The position numbers and the translations under genes were made by a program. 64,000 nt of DNA from an uncultured virus (IMG/VR IMGVR_UViG_3300024255_001771) (taxonomy: Duplodnaviria; Heunggongvirae; Uroviricota; Caudoviricetes). A model generated the notes under the pieces. It was not told the DNA's origin. It saw nothing but the letters and a program-made list of their open reading frames with translations, and searched no databases. This document shows, piece after piece, positions 9,701 through 20,100 of the stretch; the first letter of the stretch is position 1, and every line of letters begins with the position of its first letter. The stretch is taken from IMG/VR virus record IMGVR_UViG_3300024255_001771, positions 1 to 64,000 of that record, one strand, 5' to 3'.

Positions 9701-9868
9701 TGGGGCGGAGCCTGGACAGGAAAAAGCAAAGATGCTATGCATTTCTCAGCTGCATCAAACGAAGGTGGATCACTTCAAGGTCTACGCAGAGGAGTAATTC
9801 CTTCTGGTGGTGCAACGTCTCTACCTGCTACCGAAACACCTCAAGCTAGAACAGGCGGAGCGCAATAA
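6725..9868 (+). CDS. Baseplate hub-like protein with C-terminal M15-family zinc peptidase
   Basis: Hub-type core ending EIWGDP...FSGLFQV-x2-VTNTFSKGQFKTNL; C-terminal GGYNYR, SWHSGGIAIDIN, WGGAW, DAMHF. Confidence 0.75.
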   Translation: MGFGSFISSNISGAAGSLGNFNKNLTAAQNQLSKVNFGGFNKDLRGAISGISGLPGNVQGITDNFTRKLESIQRAGMQDFEMGLLGKIPLVKDFESMSNAIKVLPGGLAGGIGENVINSAIAKVAGGSIGGLLNSATSLFSGDLGGAFFGLASIGSGGRTDRSNTAIATDANGRLKNPLRSYAAYNYRITLACITSAEVNTPESGFRSRGLSNVICQTGGGALTERVTTFGEVNYNTTGEYYLEDLEMDALIAPNSKTGVAMGTNIAFTVLEPYSMGQFLEAMQVAAVQANHANYIEAPYILRIQFLGFDENSAPMPNKQEQNVTTKYVPIKLTNVEFQVDGQGSRYSVEAIPYNEQALVDEIAQVPTDVSISGNAVDEYLQRGERSLTNVLNARNETREDANVSPQEDRYIIMFPDDKQGATSAVEAAGGANVYETLKNFSETHVNEIGRAILTNDTNEGGTRPMGSHVDAMYDDGPIRYMNRQAVAQQDLERTGQYVQGTNIVGIIEDVIISSEYGKSLAETPAENGFKTWFKVETMVFDTENIASELTNGTKAKVYVYSVVPFLADEAKFMGPGRTPSSTEELKANAVKEYNYFYTGKNEDVLDFAIEFKGAFYQNLYADLGQFNLPIRSGAGSEVVANTPPPGTVVAPPGIGPAGGGGLAEPKAPVRNSDGKSPVPNGIATTASSGTKRAIAEAFHNTLINGDTDMVQAEMEIWGDPFYIPTSGMGNYNAPASGVKRNTNADGGMDYQNEEVLIVVNFRTPTDYAEGGLMQFSTIVKPFSGLFQVNEVTNTFSKGQFKTNLKMIRRRGQNDEATGQSEAITEGATNNMDPRAADRMAAGQYAGPGGPVGNQQNRTLTNANSPTTSGGTGPGATNSTAPAGSPAGSGGQLATITTSKKGKSTQVAASLAPQFQAMIDELENVYGYEIYSIGGYNYRYIGDTSTLSWHSGGIAIDINPRENPFGPNYITDMPAGGTGSEMVALANKYGMGWGGAWTGKSKDAMHFSAASNEGGSLQGLRRGVIPSGGATSLPATETPQARTGGAQ

Positions 9869-10578
9869 TGGCAATTAACAATTTCTTAAAAAAAGGAGAT
9901 TATATAGCCGCAGGTCCTGTTGGCACTATTATCGAAACTCAAAAAGCAAGATTAGAAGCAACAACACGAAAAATTGCTGCTAAGGCAACTGAAATAGCAA
10001 ATTTAACACCAGACTCATTTGACCCAAGAGGAAAACTTCAAATACCAGATGTTCCAGGGTTGCCTGATGTTACTAATATAGCTGCTCAATTAGATCCTTT
10101 TGGAGGCGCAGGTCCTGATGTAACATCATTATCTACAGTTTCGCCTGCAACTGCTGCTGCATCACAATTACCTAGCAATTTAACTGCACGAGGATCTAGT
10201 GGCGGAATACAAACAGTGCCTAATAGACCATACTTACCAACAGATCCTTTAGATAATAGATATGATTATCGTACTGGACAAAAAGTATTTACATTATCCA
10301 ATGCTGCTGCACAACTAGGATCACAACGTGGACTAGGGAGTACTGGTGCAGGAGTAAATACTCCACAAGGAAATCTTGCTGCGTGTAAAGAATGCGGATC
10401 TAATACACATAGTACTGCGGAGCATCAAAATGCTCCGGCGTTTGAAGCTGTAGATCCAAGACCGACTGATCCGCAGGAAAGAGAACAGAGAGCTGAATGG
10501 GACAGACAATACAAATTGACACATCAGCAAAATGGTGAACCTTTTGAACAGTACAGTGGTTCTTCAGGACCGTCTTAA
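9868..10578 (+). CDS. Hypothetical Pro/Ala-rich protein with zinc-knuckle-like motif
   Basis: 236 aa, coupled to the upstream stop (TAATG); contains CKECGSNTHSTAEH. Confidence 0.65.
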   Translation: MAINNFLKKGDYIAAGPVGTIIETQKARLEATTRKIAAKATEIANLTPDSFDPRGKLQIPDVPGLPDVTNIAAQLDPFGGAGPDVTSLSTVSPATAAASQLPSNLTARGSSGGIQTVPNRPYLPTDPLDNRYDYRTGQKVFTLSNAAAQLGSQRGLGSTGAGVNTPQGNLAACKECGSNTHSTAEHQNAPAFEAVDPRPTDPQEREQRAEWDRQYKLTHQQNGEPFEQYSGSSGPS

Positions 10579-10602
10579 GGAACAATTTAATGGAGTACAT
10601 TA

Positions 10603-13053
10603 ATGTCTAGGCCAAATACGTTATCAAGAACAGTCAATAGTGCTGGTCCGCCAAAAGCAGGTGGCCCATATGAAGCAATTATTGTTAATCATCTTGATCC
10701 TTATAATATGGGAACATTAGAAGTTGAACTTCTTAAGAATGGTTCTGGTAACAATCCTGAACGAACTGGCCAACTTGTAACATGTAAATATCTAAGTCCA
10801 TTTTATGGGGTTACTCCGTCAATGGGTACAACAGCAAACGACGGCTATGAATATACACAAAAAAGCTATGGCTTTTGGGCTGTTCCGCCAGATGTTGGAA
10901 CAAAAGTTCTAGTTATGTTTGTAGAAGATAATACAAACTATGCTTATTGGATAGGGTGTATTCAAGACGAAAATATGAACTTTATGGTTCCTGACGGAAG
11001 AGCAAGTACTGACTTAACTACTCCTAATACTCCTCAAGATTTACAAGGTATTAAATTACCAGTAGGCGAATATAACAAGAAAACTGAAACAGGTACTGGT
11101 AAAGATCCAACTAGATTTGTAAAACCTTACAACAAAGACTTTAGTCAAATTTTACAAATTCAAGGATTAATATCAGACGAAACACGAGGTACTACAACTA
11201 CAAGTGCTAGAAGAGAAGTTCCTAGCGGAGTTTTTGGTATGTCAACACCAGGCCCAACAGATAAACGTCCTGGAGCACCTACACTTGACACAGGTTCAGA
11301 ACAAAATAAAACAAATTACTATGCAAGCCGCTTAGGCGGTTCTAGTATTGTTATGGATGACGGTGACGATAAGTTACTTAGGAAAGGACATGCAGAAGAA
11401 GCACCGCCTTTCTATGCTAGTTTAGAAGCAGGTGAAGCAGGCGGCGACGAAACTATACCACACAACGAATTATTAAGATTTAGGACACGTACTGGTCATC
11501 AAATTTTACTACACAATTCAGAAGATTTAATTTATATTGCTAACTCACGTGGAACTGCATGGATAGAAATTACTAGTGATGGTAAAATAGATATTCATAG
11601 TCAAGATAGTATTAGTGTTAACAGTGAAAATGATTTAAACTTTACTGCATTTAGAGACTTTAATGTAGAAGCGGGTAGAAACATCAATATGAAAGCAAGT
11701 GCTAGATATGCAAACTTTGCAAATAAAGATGGACGTGGAAATGAAGCTGGCAGAGTACAAATTGAATCTAAGCATGCCTTTAATTTAGACGTAGGTACAG
11801 AATCTAAAATAACTGTTGGTGCTAGTCATCAATTGCTTGTTGGTTCAGCAATCAAAGCAGAAGCAGGTGCTGCTGTTAATATTAAATCAGCAGGTGCAAC
11901 TAATATAGATTCTGATGCTGCTGTAAATGTTATTTCAACAGCAGCTATGAATCTACAAGCAGGAGCAAATGTTAATATTACTTCAGCATCAAGTACGTTA
12001 GTATCATCAGGATCTAATATTAGTTTAGCAGCTCCGGGTATACTTTCAGGGGATGCAGGAGAAGTACATTGGAATAGTGGATTGTCCGGTAGCGCAAGCG
12101 CAGCAGGTCCAGCAGAAACTCCTGAACCAGTTGTAAGACTGCCTTTAATTTCATTACCTCAAATTACTCCGGGTGTTAGTGTTCCAGGAACGTACCAAAG
12201 TATTCTAGCAAGATCTCCGCAGCACGAACCTTGGCCGCATCATGAAAATCAAAATCCGCAATCATTTAAATTAGAAGAAACTGATAGAGAGCAAGTTGGA
12301 CAACTAATAGACGGCAGACCGGCTCAGACACCTGATACATTTAGAAAAAATACAAACCAGCAAGTTTCATCTCTTAACCCTGCGATATCAAGTTTCTCAA
12401 ACAGTAGTGCAGGAGGATTTAGTTTATCAGCAGGAGGCGATCCGTTAGATCCAACAGTTGACAGAACACTTGATTCTGCTCTTCAACAGCCAGGAACATT
12501 AGCTGCTCCTGTTTTATCTGCTTCTGAAGTTCCTGGAACAATTACAGGATTTAGTAGAAGTGAAACTGCAAATTATATGAGTGCAATTGGACAGCGTGAA
12601 AGCGGCAACAAATATGATGTTGTTAATACTATTGGCTACTCAGGTAAGTATCAATTTGGATCATTAGCGTGTCAAGAAGCAGGATATATTATTTTAGGTT
12701 CTAGTGGTAATAACAGAACACTTAATAATCCAGCTGCTTGGACAGGCAAAGATGGCGTTAACAACAAACAAGATTGGTTAACAAATGTTGGTAATTGCCA
12801 AGAAAAAGCAATGATAGCATATACAAATAAAAACTACATATATCTAACAAACAACGGCGGCATACGTTCCGGCGATGCAAACGATAAAAAGGCAGGCATG
12901 TTAGCAGGCGCACATTTATTAGGTGCTGCTGCAATGAAGAACTGGAGAAATGGACAGCGTGGACAAGCTGACGCATATGGTACAAAGCCAGATGAGTACT
13001 ATGTACTTGGTGCAAGGTCAGTCGGTGGATCAGGAAACACAGCAACAGTTTAA
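10603..13053 (+). CDS. gp5: Baseplate central spike, gp5/VgrG-like, with C-terminal lysozyme-like domain
   Basis: OB-fold D-P-x3-G and PPDVGTKVLVMF...YWIG; RTRTGHQI; beta-helix repeats; C-terminal RESGNKY-x7-YSGKYQFG. Confidence 0.8.
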   Translation: MSRPNTLSRTVNSAGPPKAGGPYEAIIVNHLDPYNMGTLEVELLKNGSGNNPERTGQLVTCKYLSPFYGVTPSMGTTANDGYEYTQKSYGFWAVPPDVGTKVLVMFVEDNTNYAYWIGCIQDENMNFMVPDGRASTDLTTPNTPQDLQGIKLPVGEYNKKTETGTGKDPTRFVKPYNKDFSQILQIQGLISDETRGTTTTSARREVPSGVFGMSTPGPTDKRPGAPTLDTGSEQNKTNYYASRLGGSSIVMDDGDDKLLRKGHAEEAPPFYASLEAGEAGGDETIPHNELLRFRTRTGHQILLHNSEDLIYIANSRGTAWIEITSDGKIDIHSQDSISVNSENDLNFTAFRDFNVEAGRNINMKASARYANFANKDGRGNEAGRVQIESKHAFNLDVGTESKITVGASHQLLVGSAIKAEAGAAVNIKSAGATNIDSDAAVNVISTAAMNLQAGANVNITSASSTLVSSGSNISLAAPGILSGDAGEVHWNSGLSGSASAAGPAETPEPVVRLPLISLPQITPGVSVPGTYQSILARSPQHEPWPHHENQNPQSFKLEETDREQVGQLIDGRPAQTPDTFRKNTNQQVSSLNPAISSFSNSSAGGFSLSAGGDPLDPTVDRTLDSALQQPGTLAAPVLSASEVPGTITGFSRSETANYMSAIGQRESGNKYDVVNTIGYSGKYQFGSLACQEAGYIILGSSGNNRTLNNPAAWTGKDGVNNKQDWLTNVGNCQEKAMIAYTNKNYIYLTNNGGIRSGDANDKKAGMLAGAHLLGAAAMKNWRNGQRGQADAYGTKPDEYYVLGARSVGGSGNTATV

Positions 13054-13055
13054 GG

Positions 13056-13061
13056 TAAATA
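13056..13061 (+). promoter_or_regulatory. Putative late promoter TAAATA before gp25
   Basis: TAAATA 4 nt upstream of ATG 13066. Confidence 0.55.
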
Positions 13062-13065
13062 CGTT

Positions 13066-13509
13066 ATGAGTACTATTGAAAAGAATTTATACAAAAGAGT
13101 TACAGTAAAAAATGCTGCACGAGCCACGGATACTAAGCAAGGAAGGTCTTATAGAGGATTTTCAACAGTTGATATTAGTAAAGATTCTTATGCATTATAC
13201 GATTTAGATATTATTAAACAAGATATTATAAATCACTTTCATATTAGACAAGGCGAAAAATTATCAGATCCTGAATTTGGTACAATTATTTGGGACATAT
13301 TATTTGAACCGTTTACTGACGATGTTAAAGAAGCAGTAATTCAAAACGTTACAGAAATTATAAACTATGATCCTAGAGTAGGAGTTAACACTATCACTGT
13401 TACTCCGTATGAGTTTGGTCTTCAAATTGAAGCAGATTTAACATATATAGCTTTCGATATATCCGAAACATTGCGATTTAAGTTTGATCAGGCTGCCGGC
13501 CTGATATAA
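13066..13509 (+). CDS. gp25: Baseplate wedge subunit gp25-like
   Basis: YRGFS, IKQDIINHF-x2-RQGEK-x2-DPEFG-x2-IWDILFEP, YDPRV. Confidence 0.92.
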   Translation: MSTIEKNLYKRVTVKNAARATDTKQGRSYRGFSTVDISKDSYALYDLDIIKQDIINHFHIRQGEKLSDPEFGTIIWDILFEPFTDDVKEAVIQNVTEIINYDPRVGVNTITVTPYEFGLQIEADLTYIAFDISETLRFKFDQAAGLI

Positions 13510-13532
13510 TAGTAGTAGTTAATCTCTAACGC

Positions 13533-13538
13533 TAAATA
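13533..13538 (+). promoter_or_regulatory. Putative late promoter TAAATA before gp6
   Basis: Intergenic CTAAATAC, same context as 5422-5429; GAGGA RBS follows. Confidence 0.65.
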
Positions 13539-13561
13539 CTACAACAAATGAGGAATTGCCA

Positions 13562-16500
13562 ATGTCATCAACAGATAGACAAAATCGACTGTTAGTAACA
13601 GAAGACTGGAAACGCATATACCAATCATACAGGAATGCTGATTTTCAAAGTTATGATTTTGATAGCCTACGCAGAACTTTAATTAATTATCTGCGCCAAA
13701 ATTATCCAGAAGACTTTAACGATTATATTGAATCTAGTGAATTCTTAGCACTAATTGACATGATAGCTTTCCTCGGCCAAAATCTGTCATTTAGAACAGA
13801 TTTAAATGCTAGAGAAAACTTTCTTGAAACAGCAGAACGTAGAGAAAGCATATTACGTTTAGCAAGACTAATTTCTTATAATCCTAAAAGAAATCAAGCA
13901 GCATCAGGGCTATTAAAGTTTGATAGCATAAAAACTACTGAAACACTTATTGATAGTTCAGGAACAAATTTAGCTGGTATTACAGTCAATTGGAACGATG
14001 CTAGTAGCAGCTCTTGGTTTGAGCAATTTACAAAAATACTTAATGCAGCATTGCCTGCAAATAACGGCGTAGGTACACCTCTAAAGAATGAACAAGTATC
14101 AGGCATATCTACAGAGCAGTACAGATTAAATTCTTTAAACACAGATATTCCAAGATTTAAGTTTACAAAAACTGTTGAAGGAACTACTGTAGCATTTGAA
14201 GCAGTAAGTACAGATATTCAAGACGGAGAAATATTAGAAGAACCACCGTTACCAGGAAATAATCCTGCGTTTCTATTTAGAGATGACGGCAGAGGCGCTG
14301 GCAGTTCTAATACAGGTTTCTTTATGCACTTTAGACAAGGAACACTAAAGTCTGGAGAATTTTTTGTTGAAAATCCAACGCCTAATCAAAATATTGCTAT
14401 TGATGTAACAAACATAAACAACAGTGATGTCTGGTTATACAGCATTGATTCAAATGGATTTGAAAACGAACTTTGGTCAAAACTAGCTGCTGTTGAAGGT
14501 AACAATATTATCTATAATAGTTTGTCTAAAAATATTAGAAACGTATTTACAGTTGCTACAAGAGTTAGTGATAGAATTAATCTAGTGTTTAGTGACGGTG
14601 TATTTGGCAATCTTCCAGCTGGCAACTTTAGAACATATTATAGAACAAGTGCTAACAGAAATCTTTCTGTTAATCCTGCAGGTATGTCAAATATTACTAT
14701 TTCTATACCTTACATTAGTAGAAAAAATACTAACGAAAAACTTACTATAACAATGAGTCTTAAGTATGCTGTTAATAATGCTACACAAAGTGAGTCAAAT
14801 GAAAGCATAAAATCAAATGCTCCTGCAACGTATTATACTCAAAATCGAATGATTACAGGCGAAGACTATAATGTTGCACCATTGGGTGTAAGCCAAGATA
14901 TTATTAAGACAAGATCAGTTAATAGAGTTAGCAGCGGAATAAGCAGATATTTAGATTTAAAGGATACTACAGGAAAATACAGTAATACAAATTTATTTGG
15001 AACAGATGGTATTTTGTACCAGCAAAAATTTGACGAAAAGAATAACTTTAGTTTTGTAACACAAAGTGATGTTGAAGGTGTAATTTATAATACTATACAA
15101 GGATTGTTAACTAGCACTAATATGAAAAACTTTTATTGGGCAAAATATCCAAAAATTATTGTTACTGATTTAAATGCACGATGGTCGTCAACATCTACGT
15201 CAACTAATGCTGACACAGGTAACTTTATTGACCAAGATGCAGTATCATATAAAGTTGGAGCATTTACAAGTAATAGTTTAAGATTAATTGAAGCAGGATC
15301 GATGTTAAGATTTGCTGCACCAGAAGGTTATCACTTTATGGACGATGCAGAAAATATTATAATGCCTGGACCAGCTGATCATCCAAACGCATCTTTATAT
15401 AGATGGGTAAAGGTTGTAAGTGTTACAGGTGACGGTACTGGTACAACAAACAACATAGGAAATATTATTCTAAATGAAATATTACCTGTTTCAAACGGCG
15501 ATGCAAATATCAAACCAATATTGACACAAATTAAACCTAAATTGTCTTCGGTATTATTAGATGACCTTAAGACACAGATTATTGACCAAACATTTGCTTA
15601 CAACGATTATGCTATTAGATATGACGATATTGCAAGACGTTGGAAATTAATTACAGCTGATAACATTAATACAACAGCTGACTTTAGTACAGGTAAAACA
15701 GGCGATGTTAGTGGACAGCAACTAGATTCTAGTTGGTTGCTTTACTTCAAAACAAATGGTGAAACATATACAATAACTTACAGAAATTTAAGATATGTTT
15801 TTGAAAGTGCTGACGAACTAAAGTTTTATTTTGATCAAGCAAATAAAGTCTTTAATCCGAGGACAGGTAAAGTTCTTAAAGACAAAATAGATGTTTTGTC
15901 TATTAATTCAAAACCTGATGGTTCTGGAGTTCCGTTTAATAAAGATTATACATGGAGTGCAGCTAAAGAATTTAGAGATCCAGCAGGATACAGAGATACT
16001 AGAAAATTAGAAGTAACATTTTATGATTCAAACAATGATGGCATATTTGATGACCCTGAAATATTTGAAGAAATAGTTAATGCTAATGAGTACATATACC
16101 AAAAATTATATACTACGTCTGATGGTGTTGAAGACTTTAAATATTTTGATAATACTAATGCAGATATTATACAAGTAACAAACGAAGCAGCAGTAGAGCG
16201 TATTAGTAATAACAACGGAAAGATATTTTATCTAGTTGAAGAAGCTGTATTTAAACAGTATAATTCAACTGCAAATAGTTTAACTACAATTTCAAATTAT
16301 AGAGCATATATTGGTAGAAACTCGTTGAAGTTTAACTACCTACATGTAGCTGATTCTGAAAATAGAATAGATCCAAGTTTAAGTAATATTATTGATACTC
16401 ATGTATTAAGTAGAAATTATGATACACAGTTTAGACTTTATCTTTCAGGCGAAATGCCAATGAAACCAAAGCCACCTAGCAGTGATGAATTATTTAGACT

Positions 16501-17101
16501 TTATGGAAAAGAGTTAAATGCAATTAAATCAATAAGTGATGAAATAATATATCACCCTGTTAAGTACAAAGTATTATTTGGATCAAAAGCAATGCCTGAC
16601 TTGCAAGTTAAATTTAAAGTTGTAAAGAATCCTGATCTTGTACTAAATGACAATGATATTAAATCACGTATAGTTGCTTTAATTAATAGATTCTTTAGCA
16701 CAGAAAATTGGGACTTTGGAGACACATTTTATTTTCAAGAACTTAGTTCTTATGTAATGAATTTTATGAGTCCTGATTTAGTAAGTTTTCTTATTGTTCC
16801 AGAACAAGCAGATCAATCATTTGGAAGCCTATTCCAAATTAATTCAGAAAACGATGAAATATTTATAAATGGCGCAACAGTAAAAGATATTGATGTAATT
16901 GACGAAATTACTTCTTCTAAATTACAGTCGTCTGGAAAAATTGTTACGTCTACACCAGCAGAAGTAGTAGGGGTACAAAGTGCTCCTGTATTAAGCACAA
17001 GAAGTAGTAGTAATGTAGCAAATGTTAGCAGTTCAAGTTCTTCTTCAAGTAGCTCTAGTAGTTCTTCGGGAAGTTCTTCAAGCGGAGGTTATAGTTACTA
17101 A
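13562..17101 (+). CDS. gp6: Baseplate wedge subunit gp6-like
   Basis: DFDSLR-x2-LINYL, DFNDY-x-ESS, ENFLETAERRESILRLARLISYNPKR, FSDGVFG, QNRMITGEDY; ATG 13562 preferred because of GAGGA spacing. Confidence 0.9.
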   Translation: MSSTDRQNRLLVTEDWKRIYQSYRNADFQSYDFDSLRRTLINYLRQNYPEDFNDYIESSEFLALIDMIAFLGQNLSFRTDLNARENFLETAERRESILRLARLISYNPKRNQAASGLLKFDSIKTTETLIDSSGTNLAGITVNWNDASSSSWFEQFTKILNAALPANNGVGTPLKNEQVSGISTEQYRLNSLNTDIPRFKFTKTVEGTTVAFEAVSTDIQDGEILEEPPLPGNNPAFLFRDDGRGAGSSNTGFFMHFRQGTLKSGEFFVENPTPNQNIAIDVTNINNSDVWLYSIDSNGFENELWSKLAAVEGNNIIYNSLSKNIRNVFTVATRVSDRINLVFSDGVFGNLPAGNFRTYYRTSANRNLSVNPAGMSNITISIPYISRKNTNEKLTITMSLKYAVNNATQSESNESIKSNAPATYYTQNRMITGEDYNVAPLGVSQDIIKTRSVNRVSSGISRYLDLKDTTGKYSNTNLFGTDGILYQQKFDEKNNFSFVTQSDVEGVIYNTIQGLLTSTNMKNFYWAKYPKIIVTDLNARWSSTSTSTNADTGNFIDQDAVSYKVGAFTSNSLRLIEAGSMLRFAAPEGYHFMDDAENIIMPGPADHPNASLYRWVKVVSVTGDGTGTTNNIGNIILNEILPVSNGDANIKPILTQIKPKLSSVLLDDLKTQIIDQTFAYNDYAIRYDDIARRWKLITADNINTTADFSTGKTGDVSGQQLDSSWLLYFKTNGETYTITYRNLRYVFESADELKFYFDQANKVFNPRTGKVLKDKIDVLSINSKPDGSGVPFNKDYTWSAAKEFRDPAGYRDTRKLEVTFYDSNNDGIFDDPEIFEEIVNANEYIYQKLYTTSDGVEDFKYFDNTNADIIQVTNEAAVERISNNNGKIFYLVEEAVFKQYNSTANSLTTISNYRAYIGRNSLKFNYLHVADSENRIDPSLSNIIDTHVLSRNYDTQFRLYLSGEMPMKPKPPSSDELFRLYGKELNAIKSISDEIIYHPVKYKVLFGSKAMPDLQVKFKVVKNPDLVLNDNDIKSRIVALINRFFSTENWDFGDTFYFQELSSYVMNFMSPDLVSFLIVPEQADQSFGSLFQINSENDEIFINGATVKDIDVIDEITSSKLQSSGKIVTSTPAEVVGVQSAPVLSTRSSSNVANVSSSSSSSSSSSSSSGSSSSGGYSY

Positions 17102-20100
17102 TGGCTATAGATAATCAAAACGATAAACCACTACCGGGCGAAGGCGGTGAAAAAAGACGTAGCTCAGATTTATTACCTCGTTACTTTAGAACAACAGCAA
17201 ACGTAAACTTTTTACAAGCAACTTTAGATCAGTTAATACAACCTGGCGTAGCTGAAAAACTTACATCTTATTATGGAAGAACAACAGCAAAAGCATTTGT
17301 ACCGGGAGATAATTATGTTCCTGACGTATCTAAGCAAAGAACAGACTATCAATTTGAACCAGCTATAGTTCAAAAGGACGAATTAGGTACTGTTAATTTT
17401 TACAAAGATTATAATGATATTACAAACCAAATAGGTGTATTTGGCGGCAACACTACTAATCATTCAGAAACTTATGCCCAAGATTATCATCCGTGGAACC
17501 CACATATTGATTGGGATAAATTTGTAAACTTTAGAGAATACTATTGGTTACCAACTGGTCCACAAACAGTTGAAGTGTTAGGACAATCTCAATCAGTCAC
17601 AAGTACATACTCAGTAGGCTTAACTACTGCCGGAGAAGATACTGCATTTTTGTTTACTCCAGACGGACTAACTGCTAACCCAAATCTTGTATTATATAGA
17701 GGTCAAACATATAGGTTTGAAATTGATACACCAGGCCACCCAATGGCATTTGCAGTATCAAGATCATTTACACCTGGCAATTCTGTAATAACAGCAACAA
17801 GAGAAGGTGTTAGAGGAGAAGGATTATTTGATGCTACATTATTTGGCGAGTCATATGATCTTGGAGAATTTATTGTACAGCCACGTGAAGGCGGTATTGA
17901 AATCGGAGATGACGAAAACATTAGTGAATTATATCCTAATGGAATATCTAGATTTGATGAAGAAGGTACAGAAATTGCAAATGTATATATTGAAAGCGGA
18001 GTAATAGAATTTACTATTCCGTTAAATGCTCCTGACTTCTTATTCTATATTAGTAAGAATGATTTGAATACTAGCGGCCAAGTAAGAATTTTTGATATTG
18101 AAGAAAATACAGCAATTAATATAGATGCAGAAATTATTGGCAAAAAAGAATACACAAGTTCTAATGGTGTTAAATTTACAAATGGTCTTAAAGTTGAATT
18201 CTTAGGAAAAGTTACTCCAAATACATATAGTGAAGGAACATATTATGTTGAAGGAGTCGGAAGCCAAATAACATTAGTTAGAGATAAAGACTTAATTATT
18301 CCTGCTGCTTATGCTTCCGAAAAAGCTGTCTTGTTTGATAGCGAAGGATTTGATAGATTACCTTTTGCAAACCAAAGCAGTTATGCAGGTACTAAAGATT
18401 ACATTATTATAAACAGAGCTGCTCCTGATAAAAATCCTTGGGCAAGATACAATAGATGGTTCCACAAAGATGTTATTGATTATGCAGCATTAAGAAATAA
18501 TCAACCAAGTAATATAGATCAAAGTGCTAGAGCAAAAAGACCTATTATTGAATTTGAACCAGGATTAAAGTTACACAATAGCGGAGTATTTGCTAAAAAA
18601 GATATTGACTTAATTGACAACTATACAACAGATGTATTTTCAATAATTGAAGGATCATTAGGTTATAGTGTTGATGGTGTTGCATTAGCAGAAGGCATGC
18701 GTGTACTATTTGCAGCCGATACTGATATACTTGTTAACGGAAAAATTTATGAAGTAAAGTTTATAACAACTAATAATAGACGCCAAATAACTTTAATCGA
18801 AACAGCTGACGCTATACCTCAAGATTTACAGACAGTGCTTATTACACAAGGTGTTGAATTTGCAGGTAGTTTATTTTACTATGACAATTTGCAATGGAAA
18901 GCATCACAAGCAAAAGCCGGAGTAAACATAAATCCAACGTTTGATTTGTTTGATGCAAACGAAGTAAGTTATTCAGATACTACAACATATGAAGCAAGTA
19001 ATTTTGCAGGTACTAAATTATTCAGTTATGCACAAGGTGAAGGAACAGCAGATAGTGAGCTAGGATTTCCATTAGAATATCAATCAATTGAAAATTCAGG
19101 AGATATATTATTTAACTTTAATCTTCTTACTGATACATTTGTTTATCAAGATGCTGCTGGCTTTTATACTGTAAAGACTGATACAGCATTCCTCAAAAAA
19201 TATAATAATAATAAAGAATATAGTTACCAAAATAGTTGGGAATCAACTCCTACTAAAATGGTACAGAAAATTATTAGACAATATGTATCTACAATAGATC
19301 AACAGAATAACTTTGAAGTAGACGTTGTAGATAATGCAGTAAATGTTACTGACTTGCGTGTTGCAGTTTATGTTAACAAACAATTAAAGAGTAATTTTTT
19401 AGATTATGAATTAGACAGAATTAATGGCCGAGTATTTGTACGTTTTCTAACAGACTTACTAGAAAACGATGTGTTAGAATTAAGGGTAAAAACAACAGCT
19501 GATAAAAATGAAAACGGACATTACGATTTTCCGATTAATTTAGAAAGAAACCCAAGCAACGATGATATAACTCAGTTTACATTAGGCGAAGTTATTGATC
19601 ATGTAGATTCTATGGTAGAAGATATAAATGCGTTTTCAGGCATATATCCAGGTCCGAGCAATTTACGTGATATAAAAAATGTTAATAGATACGGTAAAAG
19701 ATTTGTAAAGCATACTGCTCCTATGAATCTAGCAGGATATCATATAACTAATAAAAACTTTAACATTGTAAAATCTTTAAAGCAATCAAAAAATGATTAT
19801 GCAAAATTCAAAAGAGTATTTCTACAAACAGCAGAAACATTAGGTTACGATGGTCCAATAAGGACACATGTTGACTTAATATTAAAAGAATTAAACAAAG
19901 ATAAAACTCCTAATATGCCGTATTACTTTAGTGATATGGTTCCTACTGGAGCAAACAATGTTATTAGAAACTCTGTACTTGATTCAAGAAATCCTTTTTA
20001 TCAATTAACATCAGCATTTGATGCTTCAGCTTTGTCTAGTAAATCTGTACAAGTATACTTAAATGGTTCATTACTAACTAATGGCATTGACTATAGCTTT

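Noticed and set aside
13487..13505. Perfect 7-bp hairpin ATCAGGC-TGCCG-GCCTGAT at the end of gp25 as a terminator
   Set aside because: No U-tract on either strand and it lies in coding sequence; may be a stability hairpin but is unsupported
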